Source of the DNA: an uncultured virus (IMG/VR IMGVR_UViG_3300035698_035306)
Lineage: Duplodnaviria; Heunggongvirae; Uroviricota; Caudoviricetes
IMG/VR virus record: IMGVR_UViG_3300035698_035306
Length of the DNA stretch: 64,000 bases
Reading direction: 5' to 3' (one strand)
The notes beneath the pieces are model-generated. The model had not been told where the DNA came from, did not search any database, and worked only from the letters and a program-made list of their open reading frames with translations. The stretch's first letter is position 1. Each line of letters opens with the position of its first letter. Shown here piece after piece: positions 35,372 through 45,096 of this stretch. Both the position numbers and the translations under genes were made by a program.

Positions 35372-36950
35372 AAAAGCCCGAAATTATAACGAAAGTTAAA
35401 AAGTTTTATGACTATCTGTCATGTCAAGAATACTTAGCCGAAAAATACAAAGACGACGAAAGATTTGATGAAGAAAAGTTATGGGACCACCTATGTGAGT
35501 ACTCAGATGTACATAATGATTCATTCTTCCATATGAATACTGACACTCGTTTTACTGGTGATGATACTATTGCTTATGCAAAAGAAATATTCCAGAAAGA
35601 ATTTGGTATAGAAGGTGAAACTGATATTAAATTTTATGTATCTTGGTAATGGAGAACGACAAATTAACTACAATAGAAACAGAAAAGCTCATTTCATTAT
35701 TGTCATGGGCTTATACTGCAGGTTGGAAAGATAGCGCTAAAGTTATCTTAGAAAGTGCACCTGATGAGAGTATTATGATAAATTTATTCAAAGAAAAACT
35801 CAAACCATAATGGACGAATATTACGAATACTACAACGATGGTAAAGAAGTATCTCAAGCAAAGAAAATCGTATTTGATATCATAAGCGAGCTCAATGGAA
35901 GGCGTGGTATGGGTATCGAATCAGCTGATGATGAAATTCAAGAAGAAATACTCGAAACTTTAATTGAATTAACTGAAAATAACATAAAGGAAAAAACAAA
36001 TCTTGAAGATGTTAAAGAGGTAATTAAATCATATGATAAAGATAATGGATATGGGTGTGGTTCATTAAGAAGCGTACTATATAACAAAGTACAAAGTATT
36101 AACGCATTTAGAGACGGCTCATAATGGGAAGTAGAATAATTCCATTTGAACCAGATGAGATTTGTGATGAATGTGGTGCTAAAGGAGCATTTGATTTTAT
36201 GGGAGATTGTTACTGCCCGAAATGTGCAAAGAAATTCGTCTATGACGAAGAAGATAGTGACGAAATAAAAGAATAATATGACACATATTGAAGAATATAA
36301 AAGGACTGGTACTTGTGCAGGTTGGTCTGAAGAGCATGCAAAGCAATCTGCAGATTGGAGTGTTAACTTAATGTTCAAAGATGTACATGGTAAAACTTCT
36401 ATAGTTGAACAAGTTGCACTTAAATTAGATGCATTATTAGCATATAATGATGTAGTTCATATACCTGAAGAAGAAGTACTTGAGAAAGCACAAGAAATTA
36501 TCAATCATATTAAAAACCAATATTAATGGACATAATTACAGCATATAGAGATTTTATTTTAGGATTAATTGAACTTCCAACAAGGGTTCATGTCCTAAAG
36601 AGAATGATAAACAAGGGTGAAGGTGCAGAAGCTGAATATGGTTTCTACTCTACAAAGTTAGGTATTGGCCCAGTAATTGATGTCGATGTAAGGATTGATG
36701 ATGTTTATAGCAGGTCAGCTAAAATTATCGTTAAATTTGATAAGTATGAGAAAGAATACATCTACTACATCAGTAGACATTTCTCACCTGAAACTCAATT
36801 AGAAAAATTTGACCAAAAACTTTCTGATGTGATTAACGATACTCTTATTAAAGATGAGAGATGGGAATTACTTGATGAACTTGAAAAGAAAGAAAAACAA
36901 CGATTCTTTGGTAGATTCAAAGGTGGTACATTTAAAATTATTCAAAGCGA

Positions 36951-37301
36951 ATGAGAAATTTAGTTTTAATATTATTCTTAATACTCGCAATGACTTGCAA
37001 TTCACAAGTAATGCAAGTTCGTACACCCTATGACACTACTGCTAATATCACTATAGTTGCTGTTCATGATAAGTCTGAAGCAGATATGATTGTGATGATA
37101 GTAGATAAAAAATCTCAGTGTGGTCATGATGTATACTGGAAACTAACATCAAAGAATAAAAGGAGATATGACTACACAATTCGATTCGTAACCAGAAATG
37201 ATAAACATGATTTAAAGATTTACTTTACAATCAACTCTGATGAACCCCGTGTCATGAGTGAATATCTCAAATCTGGTTTAGAACAATATAAACCAAAATA
37301 A
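36951..37301 (+). CDS. secreted protein, DUF6150-like
   Basis: signal peptide; repeated V.....AD/DL.IYF pattern. Confidence 0.4.
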   Translation: MRNLVLILFLILAMTCNSQVMQVRTPYDTTANITIVAVHDKSEADMIVMIVDKKSQCGHDVYWKLTSKNKRRYDYTIRFVTRNDKHDLKIYFTINSDEPRVMSEYLKSGLEQYKPK

Positions 37302-37303
37302 AC

Positions 37304-37334
37304 TTTGGGGTGTCAAACAAATTTGATACTTTAG
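37304..37334 (+). promoter_or_regulatory. Bacteroidota-type promoter (GTCA class), near-leaderless
   Basis: TTTG-N19-TACTTTAG; ATG 37342. Confidence 0.85.
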
Positions 37335-37341
37335 CACTATT

Positions 37342-38511
37342 ATGAAACAGATACTATTAAATAGAACCGATTTTAAAGAGCAAGTTTTCAAAAGAGACAA
37401 TCATACATGTCTATTTTGTGACAAACCAGCAGTCGATGCACATCATATAATCGATAGGTCATTATGGAGTGACGGAGGTTATTATGTTGATAATGGTGCA
37501 TCATTATGTACTGAACATCACTTAGCAGCTGAAAAGACTCTTATATCTGCACATAACTTAAGGCAGTTAGCAGGTATTGATAATGCAATTTACCCCCAAA
37601 ACTTATCAAGAAATGAATTTGTTGTAGACTATGACAAATGGGGTAACCCTATCTTAAAGAATGGTAGACGTTTAAAAGGTTACTTATTCTATAAAGATAA
37701 TGTTCAGAAGATGCTTAAACAAACAATAGAACATGGTGCATTTGATAAGCCATTTGATATGTTAGTAGATAAGTACCCTCGTACCTATCACTTACTTAAT
37801 TCTCCAGGAACAACTTCAGATGATAGAATTGCAAAGACTTGTAATAAAGTTCTTACTCAAGGCAACGTTATTACTGAAAAGTTAGATGGTGAGAATACTT
37901 CTATGAGTGAATATGGATTATTTGCAAGAAGTCGTACTGAACCTACTAAAAATCCTTGGGCCCAGTGGCTTAAGCAACGTTGGGAAAGTATCAAGAGAGA
38001 TTTAAAAGACTTTGACCTTGAAATATGCGGTGAGAATATGTACGGAGAACATTCGATCGTTTACTCTGGCTTACAAGAACACTTCTATGTATTTGGAATG
38101 AGGAATATGAAGCACGATGTATTTTTAAGTTGGGAAGAAACTGAATACTTTGCAGAACTATTTGACTTTCAGATGGCCCCAGTATTAATGAAGTGTGATG
38201 GATTAACATACGAAGAATTAGTAGATAATATTGATTTATTTATGAGTCAACCATCAGAACTAAATGATAGTAAGTACTGGACTACACCTAAAGAAGGTAT
38301 AGTAATAAGAATCAAAGATGAATTTCCAAATGACATGTTCTATAACTCCGTATACAAATATGTAAGAGCAAAACATGTTAAGACTGGAGAACACTGGGCT
38401 AAGAACTGGCACAGAGCATATTTACATCACGAATTAGAAAGATTACAACATGACAAATTCCCTCAAATATTCGAAGATAGAGTACGAGAAGGACTAATAA
38501 CATTATCATGA
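37342..38511 (+). CDS. HNH domain fused to ATP-dependent RNA/DNA ligase domain
   Basis: N-term RDNHTCLFC..DAHH..NGASLC..HH; ligase KYPRTYHL..SPG, motif I EKLDGEN, GEN, FYVF, EGIVIR, KYVR. Confidence 0.88.
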   Translation: MKQILLNRTDFKEQVFKRDNHTCLFCDKPAVDAHHIIDRSLWSDGGYYVDNGASLCTEHHLAAEKTLISAHNLRQLAGIDNAIYPQNLSRNEFVVDYDKWGNPILKNGRRLKGYLFYKDNVQKMLKQTIEHGAFDKPFDMLVDKYPRTYHLLNSPGTTSDDRIAKTCNKVLTQGNVITEKLDGENTSMSEYGLFARSRTEPTKNPWAQWLKQRWESIKRDLKDFDLEICGENMYGEHSIVYSGLQEHFYVFGMRNMKHDVFLSWEETEYFAELFDFQMAPVLMKCDGLTYEELVDNIDLFMSQPSELNDSKYWTTPKEGIVIRIKDEFPNDMFYNSVYKYVRAKHVKTGEHWAKNWHRAYLHHELERLQHDKFPQIFEDRVREGLITLS

Positions 38512-39617
38512 TAGATTTTATAAAACATATACAGACCGTAATTCCTGAAATTATACCTTATTTTCATGCGATGAAAGGTTGTCAACAAGACAAGACATAT
38601 CATCCAGAAGGAGATGTTTGGATTCATACTAAACTTGTCCTGGAAGAATTTTATAATGAATGGGATTTATATACACCGAAGGCAAGAAAGATAATGGCTT
38701 ACGCTATCATATTTCATGACATAGGGAAACCTTATTGTTCTGAAAAGATTGATGGTCATATTCGTTCACATGGACATTCAAGAATTGGCTATCATATTGC
38801 ATTAGAATTACTAGATAAGGCATTAGCAGCTGGTGATATTGAATACGATGACATGCTTGAAATTGCAAATCTTGTTTTATTTCATGGTAAGCCACCTTGG
38901 GTATCTGAAAAGTCAACAAGAGATGCTGAATATGAAGTTATTAAATTGAGTCAAGATTGTCATATTTGGTTACTTTGGAAGCTATCTACATATGATATCA
39001 AAGGTAGAACTGCTAAAGATGTACCTGAAATGCTCGAGAAGGTTGAATATTTCATGATGTTAGCTGAAGAATTAAACTGTCTCCATTTAGATTATAAATT
39101 CTACAATGACTACAATAAATTTGGTTACTTAGTTAAACACAATTATCACCATACTGACCAAGCTTACGATGATAGTAAAGGTCATGTTTATCTAATGGTT
39201 GGATTACCAGGTACAGGAAAAGATACTTACATTAAAGAGAACTTATCAATATGGCCTATAGTCAGCTTAGATGATATTAGAGCTGAACTTAAAATCAAAC
39301 CGACCGGTAATCAAGGTAAAGTTATTCAAGCAGCTAAAGAGAAAGCTAAAGTGTTTATGAGAGAAGGTGCAACCTTTACTTGGAATGCTACAAACACATC
39401 TAAGTTAATTAGAGATGGTTTGATTTCTTTATTCACTCAATATAACTATCGCATACATATTCATTATATTCATAATACGTTTGATAAAATCCTCGAACAG
39501 AACAAACAAAGAGAAGCTCAGGTACCTGAAAAGGTTATCAAGAAACTATTTAGAAATATTGATATCCCTAAAAACTCTGAGGCCCATATTGTAGTTCACA
39601 TTGATAAAACGAAATAA
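38508..39617 (+). CDS. HD-Pnk: HD phosphoesterase + P-loop polynucleotide kinase
   Basis: HPEGDVWIHT, FHDIGKP; GLPGTGKDT, SLDDIR, WNATN; ATGA overlap with the ligase. Confidence 0.88.
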   Translation: MIDFIKHIQTVIPEIIPYFHAMKGCQQDKTYHPEGDVWIHTKLVLEEFYNEWDLYTPKARKIMAYAIIFHDIGKPYCSEKIDGHIRSHGHSRIGYHIALELLDKALAAGDIEYDDMLEIANLVLFHGKPPWVSEKSTRDAEYEVIKLSQDCHIWLLWKLSTYDIKGRTAKDVPEMLEKVEYFMMLAEELNCLHLDYKFYNDYNKFGYLVKHNYHHTDQAYDDSKGHVYLMVGLPGTGKDTYIKENLSIWPIVSLDDIRAELKIKPTGNQGKVIQAAKEKAKVFMREGATFTWNATNTSKLIRDGLISLFTQYNYRIHIHYIHNTFDKILEQNKQREAQVPEKVIKKLFRNIDIPKNSEAHIVVHIDKTK

Positions 39618-39629
39618 ACTGTGGAATAC

Positions 39630-39660
39630 TTTGGAACCTGAAAATTAATTATTACTTTAG
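39630..39660 (+). promoter_or_regulatory. Bacteroidota-type promoter (CTGA class)
   Basis: TTTG-N19-TACTTTAG. Confidence 0.85.
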
Positions 39661-39684
39661 TACCAAACAATAAAACTTAGAATC

Positions 39685-40365
39685 ATGTATTTATTTTATG
39701 ACACAGAAACAAATGGTCTACCTAAAAACGCATCACTATCTCATGTTGATGTTGATAACTGGCCTCGATTAGTTTCAATTACATGGGTTCTTCAAGATGA
39801 AGAGAAGAATGTTGTTGAAGAAGAATCATTCATAATCAAACCTGATGGCTGGACTATCCCACAAAGACTTACAGATTATGTCCACGGAATATCTGATGAA
39901 CAAGCTGAAAAAGAAGGTGTACCTATCAAAGTAGTTCTAAACGAATTTATGAAAGCTTTGTGGAGAGCAGACTATGTTGTAGGTCATAATATCAGATTTG
40001 ACCGTAAAGTAGTTGCAGCAGAGATGTACAGGTATTTATTTGGTTATCATTATGATGAAGTACTTTATGGCACTCGCTTTAGAGATACAATGCACGCTTC
40101 TCGCTTACACGTTAAAGCTCTTAATAAAAAAGGTGGAATTAAATTCCCTAAGTTACAAGAAATGTACGTAAAGATTTTTGGTTCTGAATTTGAAAATGCT
40201 CACGACGCTACTGCAGATGTTCATGCAACTGCAGACTGCTTCTGGAAATTAGATGAAATGGGAATTATAGACGATTACTATTTAACACATAGCGATTTGT
40301 CAGAAAAGTTTAAACCAAGAGCTGAAATTAAGATAGATATATTCAACTTACCAGAAGTAGAATAG
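39685..40365 (+). CDS. DEDDh 3'-5' exonuclease (DnaQ-like)
   Basis: YDTETNG, GHNIRFD, DTM, AHDATADV. Confidence 0.9.
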   Translation: MYLFYDTETNGLPKNASLSHVDVDNWPRLVSITWVLQDEEKNVVEEESFIIKPDGWTIPQRLTDYVHGISDEQAEKEGVPIKVVLNEFMKALWRADYVVGHNIRFDRKVVAAEMYRYLFGYHYDEVLYGTRFRDTMHASRLHVKALNKKGGIKFPKLQEMYVKIFGSEFENAHDATADVHATADCFWKLDEMGIIDDYYLTHSDLSEKFKPRAEIKIDIFNLPEVE

Positions 40366-40395
40366 AAAGTTTATTGCGTTTAATCTGAGGAATAC

Positions 40396-40426
40396 TTTGG
40401 TTCCTGAAGTTTTATTGATACTTTAG
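40396..40426 (+). promoter_or_regulatory. Bacteroidota-type promoter (CTGA class)
   Basis: TTTG-N19-TACTTTAG then tcttgtaattaa. Confidence 0.85.
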
Positions 40427-40449
40427 TCTTGTAATTAAAAGAAAACGAT

Positions 40450-40935
40450 ATGACATCAATAGACCTTTATACAGACGCATCTTACGCACAGCACAAAGCA
40501 CCTAAACATTTCGGAATAGGAATGTTCATGATTGACTACGCTGATGATGAAAAAGAATACCAACATGGTCAAAGAGTACAATTCGCTCATATCACAAATA
40601 AAATCAAGCAAAAATATCAACACAAAATCAAAGGTAACCTCACTTTATTTGAATTACATGCTATCGTTGAAGGTATTAGATGGACTATTAAACAAACAAA
40701 TAAGAGAGAAAGTATCGAAGAGATTAGAATTTATACTGACAGTTTAAATGTCGTAGAATGCTATCACGGTTTAGTAGAACACCCGATGTTTACAGGTTAT
40801 ACCAAATCTTTAAAACACCAAATCGAAGGTATTGAAAAAACTAACAATCTTAAAATTACATTATCACATATCAAAGCACACTGCGGAGTATATGGAAACA
40901 CTAAAGCTGACAAATTAGCTAAAAAGAGAAACTAA
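40450..40935 (+). CDS. rnhA: ribonuclease HI
   Basis: YTDAS, ELHAI, IYTDS, HIKAHCG..GN..ADKLAK. Confidence 0.88.
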   Translation: MTSIDLYTDASYAQHKAPKHFGIGMFMIDYADDEKEYQHGQRVQFAHITNKIKQKYQHKIKGNLTLFELHAIVEGIRWTIKQTNKRESIEEIRIYTDSLNVVECYHGLVEHPMFTGYTKSLKHQIEGIEKTNNLKITLSHIKAHCGVYGNTKADKLAKKRN

Positions 40936-40938
40936 AGC

Positions 40939-40969
40939 TTTTAATTTGCGAATAATTTAATTAGATTTG
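40939..40969 (+). promoter_or_regulatory. Bacteroidota-type promoter (TGCG class), probably leaderless
   Basis: TTTT-N19-TAGATTTG; ATG 40973. Confidence 0.7.
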
Positions 40970-40972
40970 AAT

Positions 40973-41731
40973 ATGACAAAAATAGATTCAACTGTTGTAG
41001 TAACAGACATCAGAAATTTCACTGGACTTTCTATCCTCTTTGAAGATAGAGGTAGTGATATTTTCATGGATTTTATGGAAGACTATTATGAACATCACAT
41101 GCTTCTTGCAAAAGAAATTAGCACTGAAGATGTTTATGTAAGTACTACAGGTGATGGCATTATTACCATTTTTATGGGTGAAAATCATGCATTTGAAGGT
41201 TATGCTTATGCTCTTTCAATGAATAGAGTACTTACTGAAATATGTGGTAAATTTAGCAAAGATGCAGGTGTAAAATTGTCATTTGGAATTGGAGCTGATT
41301 CAGGTTTCATTAAAAAAATTGATACAAGTAAGAGAGGTATCAGTATAAACACATATCTAGGCCCTGTAATTAACAGGACTGCAAGAATTGAAAGTCTTAC
41401 AAAGGGCTATCACTTTACTAATATGGCAATAGGTGGAAACCTTTACAAGTTAATCCTATCTTTAATCGTACCTGATTCAATAGAAATATTTGAAAACGTT
41501 ACAAATTATGATGACTTACTTGAAGATAACCCAAGATTAGTATCAAAGAGTAAAAGGTTATTAGTTTATTATGGCGGAACAAATGTTCTTAAAGGTTTAG
41601 AAAGTGAAACACTTCCAATCTTTAGATTAATTAAAAAGCTCGCTGATAACGATTTCTACTTTTGGAGAACAATCATTACATTAATTGGCAAAGAAAAAGC
41701 TAAAAAAATATTAAGCTTAGACGAAGAATGA
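40973..41731 (+). CDS. class III nucleotide (adenylate/guanylate-type) cyclase
   Basis: TDIRNFT, TGDG, FGIGADSG, TYLGPVINRTARIE. Confidence 0.88.
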   Translation: MTKIDSTVVVTDIRNFTGLSILFEDRGSDIFMDFMEDYYEHHMLLAKEISTEDVYVSTTGDGIITIFMGENHAFEGYAYALSMNRVLTEICGKFSKDAGVKLSFGIGADSGFIKKIDTSKRGISINTYLGPVINRTARIESLTKGYHFTNMAIGGNLYKLILSLIVPDSIEIFENVTNYDDLLEDNPRLVSKSKRLLVYYGGTNVLKGLESETLPIFRLIKKLADNDFYFWRTIITLIGKEKAKKILSLDEE

Positions 41732-42249
41732 TAAAATTAAAAGGTAAAATATTATTTAATCCTGCGGATTTAACTAAGAAACATAAAGGGCAAGCATCTT
41801 GGAAAAAGATGGCACTCATTATGTTCGAAGGGGATGTGTCGGAATACTTCTCATGGTTCATTGAGAAAAGATATAACCTTAAGCTGAATAGACCACTTAG
41901 AGGAGCTCACGTTAGTTTTATAAACGATTCATTGAATGACATGAAACAAGGCCTTATGACTGAACATGACGGCATATGTGAACTGAAATGGAAACAGTTA
42001 GCTAAGAAATGGGATGGTAAAGAAATTGAGGTTGTTTTAGACCCAGATGTTCGTTCAGATGGTGAACACTGGTGGTTTATAATTCCACAAGAAAGTAGAG
42101 ATTTAATACACGAAATTAGAGCAGAAGTAGGTTTAGGAAGACCATTCTTCGGCTTACACATGAGTATAGGTTATGCAAATAATAAGAACATAGCTCACTC
42201 AAAATACATTGTTAACTTAGCCACTAAGTACGGCGGCGATTATAATTAA
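41728..42249 (+). CDS. 2H phosphoesterase
   Basis: two HxS motifs (GAHVSF, GLHMSIG) about 83 aa apart; ATGA overlap with the cyclase. Confidence 0.75.
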   Translation: MIKLKGKILFNPADLTKKHKGQASWKKMALIMFEGDVSEYFSWFIEKRYNLKLNRPLRGAHVSFINDSLNDMKQGLMTEHDGICELKWKQLAKKWDGKEIEVVLDPDVRSDGEHWWFIIPQESRDLIHEIRAEVGLGRPFFGLHMSIGYANNKNIAHSKYIVNLATKYGGDYN

Positions 42250-42252
42250 AAT

Positions 42253-42627
42253 ATGACAGAAGATAAACTTTATTATGTCAAAGATTATCCTGAATTTGGG
42301 ATGATTAATTTGACTTGGGTAAGAAAGATAATACCAACTGGAAAAGAAGGCGATTATAAAATTTATATTGCATATGGAACTAAAGGTGGGTATTCTGATA
42401 CTTGGGAATTTGGTGCAAATAAAACAATGAGAGATGCAGTAATGCGATGTATGTTTGACCAATTACATTCAGTCTATACTGATGAGACTGAACTTGAAGC
42501 TGCAGTAGAAGAAATTGCTGAAGAAAGAAAAGGTGTTGAAGCAGAAGAAGCTTTGGAACATTTAGAAAAGAAACGCAAGTTTATTGACCCAACTGATTTG
42601 TCACAGTTCCCTGAAGTAAAAGTATAA
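42253..42627 (+). CDS. hypothetical protein ending DPxxLxxFPEVKV
   Basis: C-terminus shared with 43459-43782. Confidence 0.7.
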   Translation: MTEDKLYYVKDYPEFGMINLTWVRKIIPTGKEGDYKIYIAYGTKGGYSDTWEFGANKTMRDAVMRCMFDQLHSVYTDETELEAAVEEIAEERKGVEAEEALEHLEKKRKFIDPTDLSQFPEVKV

Positions 42628-43458
42628 TGAAGCTACCTTGGGATATGCCACAGAAGCGTAGGGTTAGAATACTCATACCAACTTTAATAGTTTGGGTGGG
42701 AAGTTTAATCTTACAGAACATTATTAAAGAGCCCATAACTATAGCTATTGCAGCTCTTAGTACATTATGGTTCCAAGCTTTTTCAATATTCATAATTTTT
42801 GATAACTCAAGGCAAACTCGAACTAATTTCCAACATGAAATTGATAGAGAAGAACAAAAGTATAGAAATTATCAAATACCAAAACCTGAACCTGAATCAG
42901 ATGGGTTCTCAAAAAATTATTAAATGGATTTAACAGAAGCAAAAGATATAGTGAGACAAATGTCATGTGGCTCAGTAGAAGCTACAATGAAACTACCTAA
43001 CACGCACCTTCATTCTGAAGCAATACGACAAGTATGTGCTGCAGCATGCTATGGCGATAAAGAAGCTCAAGGAGTTCAAACATGTATACCAGATGAGATG
43101 GCTTATATGGGCTTATATCCGCATATAATGGAGAAGATTGATATTATACCAGAAGGTAGTAATAAAAGGAATACTGAAATGTTGGATAAAATTTTCAAAG
43201 CAAGAAAAGAATATAAAGAAAGAAAGAATAAAGAATAATATGGAAACAATTCAAACAATAAGCATGTGGTTTATGTGTATACTGTGGCCACTTATGGGAT
43301 TAACATCAACAATAAGATTACTAATTCGAAATTCTACTTATTGGAGTAAATTTGAATGGGAAGGATTTATGTGGTTTTTAACATTAATCTTTAAATTAAT
43401 GTGAGGCCCATTTTGTTATTTCAATGATTTGTTTGTCCAAACTAAAGACAAAAACTAA

Positions 43459-43782
43459 ATGGAACAACTTACAGAACCTAAAGCAGAATTTCTCCACATG
43501 GAGAAGCAGAGTATTATTTTCAGAATTGAAGATATCGGAAGTGTATTCAGAACATATAAAACAGAAGGCAATAGTGTAAATCATTGTATTGAATTTTATA
43601 ATAGAGAAGATAAGTCAGTAGGTAAATGGCATTTTGCAGATGAAGAACAAACTTTAGATGCACTCACAATCATCAGAAATGCATTACCTTGTAAAGTAAT
43701 TAAGTTAGAAGAGCTTAAAGATGAGAGACGTAAGAATTACGACCCTTGTAATTTAGATAATTTCCCTGAAGTAAAAGTATAA
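43459..43782 (+). CDS. hypothetical protein ending DPxxLxxFPEVKV
   Basis: C-terminus shared with 42253-42627. Confidence 0.7.
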   Translation: MEQLTEPKAEFLHMEKQSIIFRIEDIGSVFRTYKTEGNSVNHCIEFYNREDKSVGKWHFADEEQTLDALTIIRNALPCKVIKLEELKDERRKNYDPCNLDNFPEVKV

Positions 43783-44187
43783 TGAGAGCTATAATAATTA
43801 AAGGTACTACAATTAACCTTGATAAGATGTTCGTGGTTACTAGATATGACGGTGACCATGATGAAGACGCGTCGAAACATACATTTATAATGAGAGTTAG
43901 GCCAACAAATTGCTAGAAAAATCATATATGATATGAGAAATTCTGAATTTGAAAATCCTGTAATACTCTTTAATTCATTTACTGAGAATTATGTTGGACA
44001 AAACCAAGAGTCTATATATAAAGGCGCTCATAGCATGCATAACCTTGATAGTTTGCAAACTAAGATTTCTATTACACCTAAATATTGTTTCATAGATAAG
44101 TCACATCATCTATGTACACCTTTATTAGCAAAGAGATTAGAATTAACGGTAGATGAAAATACAATAAAAACAAATAATTATGGCTAA
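43782..44187 (+). pseudogene. probable single gene split by a +1 frameshift near 43893
   Basis: MRAIIIKGTTINLDKMF...TFIM from TAATG-coupled ATG 43782; removing 1 nt joins ELGQQIARKIIYD-MRNSEF... (ORF 43933). Confidence 0.45.
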
Positions 44188-44388
44188 GAGCATTGAAATT
44201 AAAATCTGTACAGCATGTCCAAATCACTCATCAGAACGTGATTATACTGCAGACTCATTTGAGTACTGTGATAAATGGCTTTGTAAACATCCTGATGGTC
44301 CAAAAGAACCTGTCAGAAGATATGTAGATTGGAATGATAAAGCAACTGAGTTCATTCCAAAGGAATGCCCATTAAAAGATAAAGAATA

Positions 44389-45096
44389 ATGAACGCAAGA
44401 TTAGGATTAGAAAAAGGTGAAGTACGAAACATAATTGCACCTGTTGGAGAATATAAGACAATATATTGTCTCTCTACAATAAAAAAATATGTTGAAGCAG
44501 GTTACAATGTTATGTACTATTCAATTGAAAACAATACAAGTCATATTCAACAAAGACTTTTAGATAGTGGAATAAGATTAGGTAAAGCAAAACCGTTCTT
44601 CAGAACGTTACCATCACTTAATCTCACTGCTTTAAGAAAACAAGTTGAAATTGATATCAATAAGATTGCTAATGTGAAACTTGTTATCATTGAAGACATT
44701 AACCTTCTTATAAGCGATTATATTGGAATGAAAAGCTTTTTAGAAGATATAACTTGTATGTTGAAGTCAGCTGACATTGCTTGTCTATTTACAACACATG
44801 CCGCTAAGAATTATATCAACGGCCCAATCAATATAGAAGACATTAGACATTCAGCAGGAGCGATGCATATATGTGATACTGTATACGGAATTAAGTCTGT
44901 TAAAACAAGTGATAAGATTTCTTTCTGGCAATGGTTATTCAATATCTTTAGAAATAAAAAGAACAGAGTAAAACCCAATACTGAAAAGTCAATTTACTTA
45001 AGTGTTCTTAAGAATAGATATGGCGAAAGTAATCAAACATGTAAACTAGATGTTGATGAAAAGAAATTAGAATTTAACTTTAAACAAGCAGAATAA
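44389..45096 (+). CDS. degenerate DnaB/RecA-fold ATPase domain
   Basis: IIAPVGEYKT (degenerate Walker A), YSIEN, VIIED, DIRHS, LKNRYG. Confidence 0.7.
   Translation: MNARLGLEKGEVRNIIAPVGEYKTIYCLSTIKKYVEAGYNVMYYSIENNTSHIQQRLLDSGIRLGKAKPFFRTLPSLNLTALRKQVEIDINKIANVKLVIIEDINLLISDYIGMKSFLEDITCMLKSADIACLFTTHAAKNYINGPINIEDIRHSAGAMHICDTVYGIKSVKTSDKISFWQWLFNIFRNKKNRVKPNTEKSIYLSVLKNRYGESNQTCKLDVDEKKLEFNFKQAE

Noticed and set aside
40973..42249. Canonical Pycsar defence system
   Set aside because: The adjacent gene is a 2H phosphoesterase, not a cNMP-binding TIR or TM effector
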